Part shown: positions 57,150 to 64,000 of the stretch, one piece after another
Layout: each line of letters starts with the position of its first letter
Position numbering within the stretch: the stretch's first letter is position 1
Assembly: GCF_964194155.1 (NCBI RefSeq)
Contig: NW_027597375.1
Coordinates: forward strand, 1-64,000
Direction: 5' to 3'
Length of the DNA stretch: 64,000 bases
Origin: Cetorhinus maximus
Taxonomy: Eukaryota
Position numbers and translations under genes: made by a program
Notes under the pieces: model-generated
The model's database searches: none
What the model was told of the DNA's origin: nothing
Seen by the model: the letters and a program-made list of their open reading frames with translations, nothing else

Positions 57150-57585
57150 CAGAGAGAAACTTGTGATCTTCCAAGCTTCCCTCGGATCATACTCAAACTG
57201 CCATGCTTTCAATGCCCAAAACAAAACATCTCTGTTAAATGTGATTCTGCGATTGCATAGCACTTGCTGAACAATCCAGAATGCGCTAATAACTACACTA
57301 ACAACCAATTTAAGATAATCAGTTGACCTTGTAAAATGACTCATTTACACTTGCTAGAAGTGACATAAGTTCATACACAGAAACTCGTTCTCTGCAAACA
57401 GAAGGGATATATTCAAGCCTTGTGCCTTTTTTGAATTACCCGGGAGCCTGGGGAGCCTATACCTCTCTGTTGTTTTCTCCTGTAGTATAAATTGTTGTGA
57501 TTGTTTGAAATTTGGCATTCTTGCATTTGTCCTGATGAGTGCAAGACGAAAAACTTCGGCAACATGTCTCTCTTTTCAGCATTAC
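57150..57585 (+). mobile_element. Penelope-like element 3' fragment (GIY-YIG C-terminus + hammerhead)
   Basis: From 57243: DSAIA*HLLNNPECANNY..FKII..LHLLE..LCKQK, resembling the PLE endonuclease C-terminus. Confidence 0.7.
57527..57562 (+). ncRNA. Minimal type I hammerhead ribozyme-like motif
   Basis: TTGTC-CTGATGA-GT GCAAG AC-GAAA-AACTTC-GGCAA: stem I, core, stem II, UC cleavage site. Confidence 0.6.
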
Positions 57586-57589
57586 TTCC

Positions 57590-58500
57590 CTAGATTCTAG
57601 AATGATCTCTGAGAATTAAAAAGTAACAAACGTAAGCTGGATGGAGCAAACCAGGAACAGGAGGCCAGTTAGCTTGACATCAGAAGTCTAGCAAATGCTT
57701 GCACCTGTTATTAGGAACGTGCTATCATGGCACATAGAAAATATATATGTTTGGATAGAATCAACATGGATTTTTGACAGGGAAAGCCTGTACATGAATC
57801 ACACAAAGTTAATGTGCAGATACAGCAAGCATGGGAAAACTGATGGTATGTTAGCTTTTATTACAAATGCCTTAGTATACAAGAGTGAAGAAGTCTTACT
57901 GCAATTATATAGGCATTAGTGAGAATGCATCTGGCACACTGCACAGTTTTGGTCTCTTTAGCTAAGGAAGGACATGCTTGAGGGAGAGTGCAATGAAAAT
58001 TCACTAGACTGGTTCCTGGGATGAGGGAGTTATCCTATGAGGAGAGATTATATTCCCTAGCCTTATATTCCCTAGAGTTTAAGAAAATGAGAGGTTATCT
58101 AATTGAAACATAAAATTCTGAGAGGGCTTGACAGTGTAGATGGTGGGAAGCTGCTTCCCTTGGGTAAAGAGTCCAGATTGAGTGATCACAGTCTCAGAAT
58201 AGAGGGTCTGCTGTTTAGGACTGAGGTGAGAATTTATTTTCACTCAAAGAATTGTGAATCTTTGGTATTCTGTAGCCCAAAGAGCTGTAGATGCACAGTC
58301 ATTGAGTAGTGGTAAAAATTTGGAACTGTCTTCCGCAAAGGGTAATTGATGCTTGATCAGTTGTAAATTTTAAATCTGAGCTGGCTAGATCTTTGTGAAC
58401 CAAAGCTATTAAGGGATATGGCAGGTACTTGAAGTTTGGTCAGAGATCAGCCATGATCTGATTGAATGGCAGAACAGACTCGAGGGGTTGAATGGCCTTC
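57590..58500 (+). mobile_element. Old CR1 fragments
   Basis: MLAFITNALVYKSEEVLLQLY; KILRGLDSVD. Confidence 0.75.
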
Positions 58501-58948
58501 TCGTGGTCCCACCACAACCAGCCTTTGACTAGATGATGTCCTATGTATTTTGACTGAATCAGATAAATGTCAGTCTTCACTCTGCTGCCCATTTCTTTCT
58601 TCCTGACGTTTCTGTCTCTGCTGCAGTTCAGTTCCATAGGCATTTTATCATCGTCTGATAGCCAATCCCATGTCAGCCATCTACATGTGTGGCTCCTGGC
58701 AGCAAGTGTCAGTAAGATATTGAGCTGTGGAAGCATCACAGCTGAGCCTTGGGTCAGGGGCCATGGAGAGCGTTTAGGGTCAGAAGCCCTAACTCATTTC
58801 CCAGGGATTACAGTGCCCTTATTATGAATCGATCAGAGAGCAGTAACACTGAGCGCCTTTTCTAGATCAGGTGTGTTTGTGAGCTAGTTGTCATTGTGTT
58901 GTGTCTTGTCACTGAACAGTCCTTTCCCTTGGCTAGAGTGGGGAGCAT

Positions 58949-59154
58949 ATGATGCCGGAACACTCTGACGTAAGCTTGTCTCCCGAGGACCGGGTACGGG
59001 CTCTTACCAAGAAGGGCAGTTCGGTGGACGTAAACGATGATGTCCCTCCACGGAGGTACTTCCGTTCCGGAGTCGAAATAATTCGAATGGCCTCAGTTTA
59101 CGTGGACGAAGGCAACCTGGAAAGTGCCTTTGTGCTCTACAATAAGTACATAAC
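58949..59154 (+). CDS. STAMBP: STAMBP first coding exon
   Basis: [28 protein letters not shown]|GTAAGA. Confidence 0.93.
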
Positions 59155-62100
59155 GTAAGATCACTGATTATCACCATAATGCATGGCGCTGGTTAGCGAA
59201 AGGCTGCACTGTTGGAGGGTCAGTACTGAGGGAGTGCTGCACTGTCAGAGGGTCAGTGCTGAACTGTCGGAGGGTCAGTACTGAGGGAGTGCTGTACTGT
59301 CGGAGGGTCAGTACTGAGGGAAAGCTGAGCTGTCAGAAGGTCAGTACTGAGGAAGCACTGAGCTTCTAGAGAGTTAAAACTGAGGGAGTGCTGCACTGTT
59401 GGAGGGTCATTACTGAGGCAGTGCTGCACTGTCAGAGGGGCAGTACTGAGGGAGTGCTACAGTGTTGGAGGGTCAGTACTGAGGGAGTGCCGCACTGTCG
59501 GAGAGGCCGTAATAAGGTAGTGCTGCATTGTCGGAGGGTCAGTACTGAGGGAGTGCTGCACTGTCGGAGAGTCAGTACTGAGGGAGTGCTGCACTGTTGG
59601 AGTTTCAGTACTGAGGGAGTGCTGCACTGTTGGAGGGGCAGTATTGAGGGAGTGCTGCACTGTCAGAGGGGCCATACTGAGGAAGTGCTGCACTGTCGGA
59701 GGGTTGGTACCAAGATCTGAACCACTGTATAGCAATACACCTTTTTACAGGGTAGGATAAAGGATATTTTTAAAATAGTGATTTTGTTTTATTCATTCAT
59801 CCGATGTGAACATGGCTGGCCAGGCCAGCATTTGTTGCCCATCCCTAATTGCCCCTTGAGAAGGTGGGGGTGAGCTGCCTTCTTGAACCGCTGCAGTCCA
59901 TGTGGTGTAGGTACACCCACAGTGCTGTTAGGGAGGGAGTTCCAGGATTGTGGCCCAGTGACAGTGAAGGAACGGCCGATATATTTCCAAGTCTGGATGG
60001 TGAGTAACTTGGAGGGGAACTTGCAAGCAGTGGTGTTCCCATGTATCTGCTGCCCTTGTCCTTCTAGATGGTAGCAGTCGTGGGTTTGGAAGGTGCTGTT
60101 GAAGGAGCCTTGGTGAGCAGCTTTAATGAAACCTATCTCTGCTTTGTGTTCGGGAGTCGTCTCTGTGATCAACAGGCTTGTCATGTATGCCCTGTGTACA
60201 AGTGTGTCATTATTGTTTTCTGCTTATTGCCCAGGTTGTTCTTGGAAAAGCTGCCTAAGCATCGGGATTATAAAACCAGTGTCATTCCAGAGAAGAAGGA
60301 GACCATCAAAGTAAGAGAGAGCCTCTTCATGTCGCGTTTCACTGGAACAGCCACTCTGCTGAATCCCAGTAGGGTACTTTCTCTTTGCCTAGTTTGTCCA
60401 TGCTGCCCTGTCATTCTATTCTGCTGCCTGGATCAGCGTATTCTGTGCAGTTACTCAGATCAACACCCACACAGTGTGGGGGAAAGCACTCTTGGCCTCG
60501 ATTAAGTTTGACCAGTTAGGAGTTCCCGCATTGAAATGACACGTGCAGCAAATGGGAATGATACAGTGGGCCAGTGTGTGGTTGAGTTGTTTCTCAGCTT
60601 GTTACATTCAAACAGATTGGGTTCCTTTTGTTGAATGCAGCATTGAGGAGCAGGCGGAGGAGGGACAATATGCATTTTGTGTAGTGACTGGGATACAATG
60701 CCTACACTGTGCCACTCCTAATCCTCAGCACAATAACTGCCAGGGTGCTGGAATTCTTCAGTGGGACGTCACAGATCCCGTCTGTGACTGCCTGAGACCA
60801 GGCTTGCCTGGGGTGCCGAGCACGGGTGAATTGCCAGAATGGGGCACCAAATGAACAGAATAGGTGAGGTTGCGGAGCCAGGACTGTGAGACCAAACCTC
60901 AGCAAGAGTTGGCAATGTCCGGAGTGGAGGGAGCGGGGGAATTTAAAGAATGCTGATGGGATAACACTTGCCTCAGGAGGTTAACCTTTAGGGGATGGAT
61001 GATGATCCCGAGAAAGGGAATTGGAGGGAATAGAATTATCACACAGGCAGCAAGTAAAACAATGTGTGTTTGACAATTTTTTGATGAAGCTGATAGTCAC
61101 CATTCGCAAAACTTTTCTCATTTCAAAGGCCCCCAGGAAATTCTTAGAATTGTCATTGAATAGTTGTAGCCCATGCCAGTTCTCTGCAAGAGCAACTCAC
61201 CTTGTCCCACTCCCCCACCCTTTTCCCCGTGGCCCTGAAAATCACTTTTGTTCAGATAATTACCCAATTTCCTTTCAAAAGCCTCGATTGAACCTGCCTC
61301 CACCACACTCTCAGGCAGTGCATTCTATATCCTAACTGCCTGCTGAGTAAAAAGTTTCTCCTCAAGTCTCCATTACTTCTTTTGCCACTCCCCTTAAATC
61401 GGTGCTCTCTGGTTCACGATCCTTCTGCCAATGGGAACAGTCTCTCCCTATCTACTCTGTCCAGACCCCTCATGATTTTGAACACCTCGATCAAATCTCC
61501 TCTCAACTTGCTTTTTTCTAAGGAGTACAGACTGAACTTCTCCAATCTATCCACGTAACTGAAGTTCTGAGAGAGAGAGAATTTTGAAACTTGTTCGAAT
61601 AATTTGATAATCCTATGGCGCATCACACATTGCACCACTAGATAAGCTACACAAGTTGTATTGTGCCATGTTTGAATGTGATGGTGCTGTAAAATGGATT
61701 CAAAGACACTGGATGTACATCTGATGAGTTCTGCTTTCATTTAAATGGAAAGAGTCTTCCACTCAGTCAATTCACCATGACACTGTACATCACTGCCTCA
61801 GAAATGAGGAGAGCAACATGTATTTGTGTGTGTGAGTGTGTAATGATCGATGGATGGATGGGTCAGGGGATGAGACAAGATATCTCGCTGTGTTTCAGCT
61901 AGTGTGAGTGGTGGCCCAAAGCAGCTGACCCTGTCCCTTGCTGTCCTCCTGATTTTTCCATTACTGCTCTGTCTGTTATCATGTACCCAGACTTTGTGCT
62001 GTGGGTTTGCATCAAAGGCTTTGAAAAGAGCACCGAATGAACAGTCTTAAGTGTCAATTGCAATGCTGTGAATGAGGCTTTGAAAGAGGAAAACTACACA

Positions 62101-63649
62101 GTGTAAAATATTGGATTTTTCTTTCCCTGTATGTGACAGAAGCTAAAAGAGATTGCATTTCCAAGGGCTGAGCAGCTGAAGAGCGAACTTCTCAAGAGAT
62201 ACGCAATCGAGTATACCGAGCATCAGGAGCTACAGGTAAATATGGTGCAGCACAAGACGCACTGGACAGTCTATCCTGATCTTTGCTTTGGACCACTAGT
62301 AGCCATCCTCCTAGAGCAGAACCTTTTGCGTAGAGAAGCCCTGGCAAAATAATGTAACTGAGGTGAAAAACAAGATCAAAGGTTTGTTCGTGGCACTGTC
62401 TGTGGCTCACCCGTGGCACTGTCTGTGGCTCACCCGTGGCACTGTCTGTGGCTCACCCGTGGCACTGTCTGTGGCTCACCCGTGGCACTGTCTGTGGCTC
62501 ACCCGTGGCACTGTCTGTGGCTCACCCGTGGCACTGTCTGTGGCTCACCCGTGGCACTGTCTGTGGCTCACCCGTGGCACTGTCTGTGGCTCACCCGTGG
62601 CACTGTCTGTGGCTCACCCGTGGCACTGTCTGTGGCTCACCCGTGGCACTGTCTGTGGCTCACCCGTGGCACTGTCTGTGGCTCACCCGTGGCACTGTCT
62701 GTGGCTCACCCGTGGCACTGTCTGTGGCTCACCCGTGTCACTGTCTGTGGCTCACCCGTGGCACTGCTCACAGTTCATCTGTTGCAATGTCTATGGCTCA
62801 CCCGTGGCATTGCTCACAGTTCATCTGTTGCAATGTCTATGGCTTGCCTGTTGGATTGTCCATGGCTCACCCAGGGCTTTGCCCTTGGTATTGTCCGCAG
62901 TTTGCCCATGGCATTGTCTGTGGCTCGGCCGGGGCTCCGGAGCGTGCTGACAATTTTCTGGTAGCCTGACCTATCTGTGAAACCCTCCCAGAGAAGTGGT
63001 TTAAACCAGCCTGAGATTGATAGCCCCTCAATTGCTGTGGCTAAGGGAAGTTTCCGATTGCCAGTGGTTTGTAAAACCTCTGGCTCTCAGGAGGAAGGAA
63101 CAGCTTTTGTTTCTGCCGCAGCTTTTCACCACCTCAGGACATCCCAACGTGCTTTCTGACCAAGGCAGTTCTCGAGGCGTAGTTCCTGGTGTAGGGTAGG
63201 TGGATGTGCCTGGCAGCTCACCCTGCACAGAAACTGCAGCGACTAACTGTTGGCGACTAACGGGCCCTATTATCGCTGACACCTCTCCTCCTCTTTACAG
63301 CGGAAGGAAGATGAGAAATTTGCGCAGGAGCTGGTCCGGCAGCAAGAACTGGAAGGCGAGAAACAGCGGGTGGCACGGATGCGGCAGCAGCAAGCGGAGC
63401 AGGAGCAGTTCCATGCCTTTGAGGAAATGATCAGACGGAAGGAACTGGAGAAGGAGAGGCTGAAAGTGCTGGAGGAGTATGCAAAACCGGAAATCTCCCC
63501 TCCGCCCAAAGACTGTCCCCTGATACCAGGTGTTCAGAGACCACCGGATAATCTTCCTCCAGCATCGCCCGCTGCAGGTCTCCCAAATGCTGCACCGCCT
63601 GTTGTGGATCGATCATTGAAACCCACAGCTCTCGGAACCAATTGGAACA
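58949..63649 (+). CDS. STAMBP: STAM-binding protein (AMSH deubiquitinase), 5' part; JAMM domain exons lie beyond the window
   Basis: Exons 58949-59154,60235-60310,62140-62235,63301-63649. MIT-like domain [43 protein letters not shown]; SH3-binding motif [10 protein letters not shown] typical of AMSH rather than AMSH-LP. Confidence 0.93.
59205..59703 (+). repeat. 33-bp SINE-derived minisatellite (CAGTACTGAGGGAGTGCTGCACTGTCGGAGGGT)n
   Basis: About 15 units; unit matches the Deu-SINE internal segment. Confidence 0.9.
59790..60120 (-). mobile_element. L2/Crack-like LINE 3' end
   Basis: [25 protein letters not shown]. Confidence 0.8.
60235..60310 (+). CDS. STAMBP: STAMBP coding exon 2
   Basis: [25 protein letters not shown]. 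Confidence 0.93.
61110..61570 (-). mobile_element. CR1 LINE 3' fragment
   Basis: [34 protein letters not shown]. Confidence 0.88.
62140..62235 (+). CDS. STAMBP: STAMBP coding exon 3
   Basis: [32 protein letters not shown]. Confidence 0.93.
62391..62770 (+). repeat. 23-bp minisatellite (TGGCACTGTCTGTGGCTCACCCG)n, ~16 units
   Basis: Near-perfect tandem repeat in a STAMBP intron. Confidence 0.95.
63301..63649 (+). CDS. STAMBP: STAMBP coding exon 4
   Basis: [41 protein letters not shown]; donor GTGAGC. Confidence 0.9.
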
Positions 63650-64000
63650 GTGAGCACTGACCCACATACACTCTGTCATTTAAAGAAACGACTTGCTTGT
63701 ACAGTTTAATTACTATCAGGAAAGGCTGAACAGGCTGAGGCTTTTTATTCTAGAAAACAGAGGTGACCTGATAGAGGTCTTTTAAGATTATGAAGGCAGA
63801 AGGCAGGATTTTACAGCAGGGGGATTTTACCTTCCCGCTGCAGTCCATGAGGTTTAGAAAGTCTCGCCGCATTTTACGGCCTCGTCCCCACCGAAACGGG
63901 GCCCTAAAATTCTGCTCATAGAGAAGATCTTTCCACTTGTAAGGGAGTCCAGAACTGGAGGATATTCACTGACAAATCCAATAAGAAATTCAGGAGAAAC

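Noticed and set aside
62363-62969. Cys/Trp-rich repetitive ORFs
   Set aside because: Frames of the 23-bp intronic minisatellite

Overview
Vertebrate genomic DNA, most likely a cartilaginous fish (inferred from the repeat content: abundant CR1 LINEs, L2/Crack-like LINEs, Deu-domain tRNA-SINEs and Penelope-like fragments). Four spliced protein-coding genes were reconstructed by hand from GT-AG junctions and phase consistency. They are FHIP2B/FAM160B2 (+, 17 coding exons, 278-21847, 744 aa), BRF2 (-, 4 coding exons, 32113-24065, 435 aa), DUSP11/PIR1 (+, 9 exons, 32892-47419, 476 aa, with an optional in-frame upstream ATG at 32766) and the 5' part of STAMBP/AMSH (+, coding exons 58949-63649, continuing past the window). 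BRF2 and DUSP11 are head-to-head on a CpG-island promoter carrying six YY1-type motifs. Other notable observations: a 17x9-aa tandem-repeat tail on DUSP11; an intronic minisatellite built from copies of a real FHIP2B 5' splice site; a DUSP11 splice donor that appears to be CR1-derived; and Penelope-derived elements with hammerhead-ribozyme-like motifs, one forming a ~100-bp hairpin. Most ORFs in the supplied track are repeat artefacts. Gene identities rest on my recollection of the family sequences, not on a database search, and repeat boundaries are approximate.
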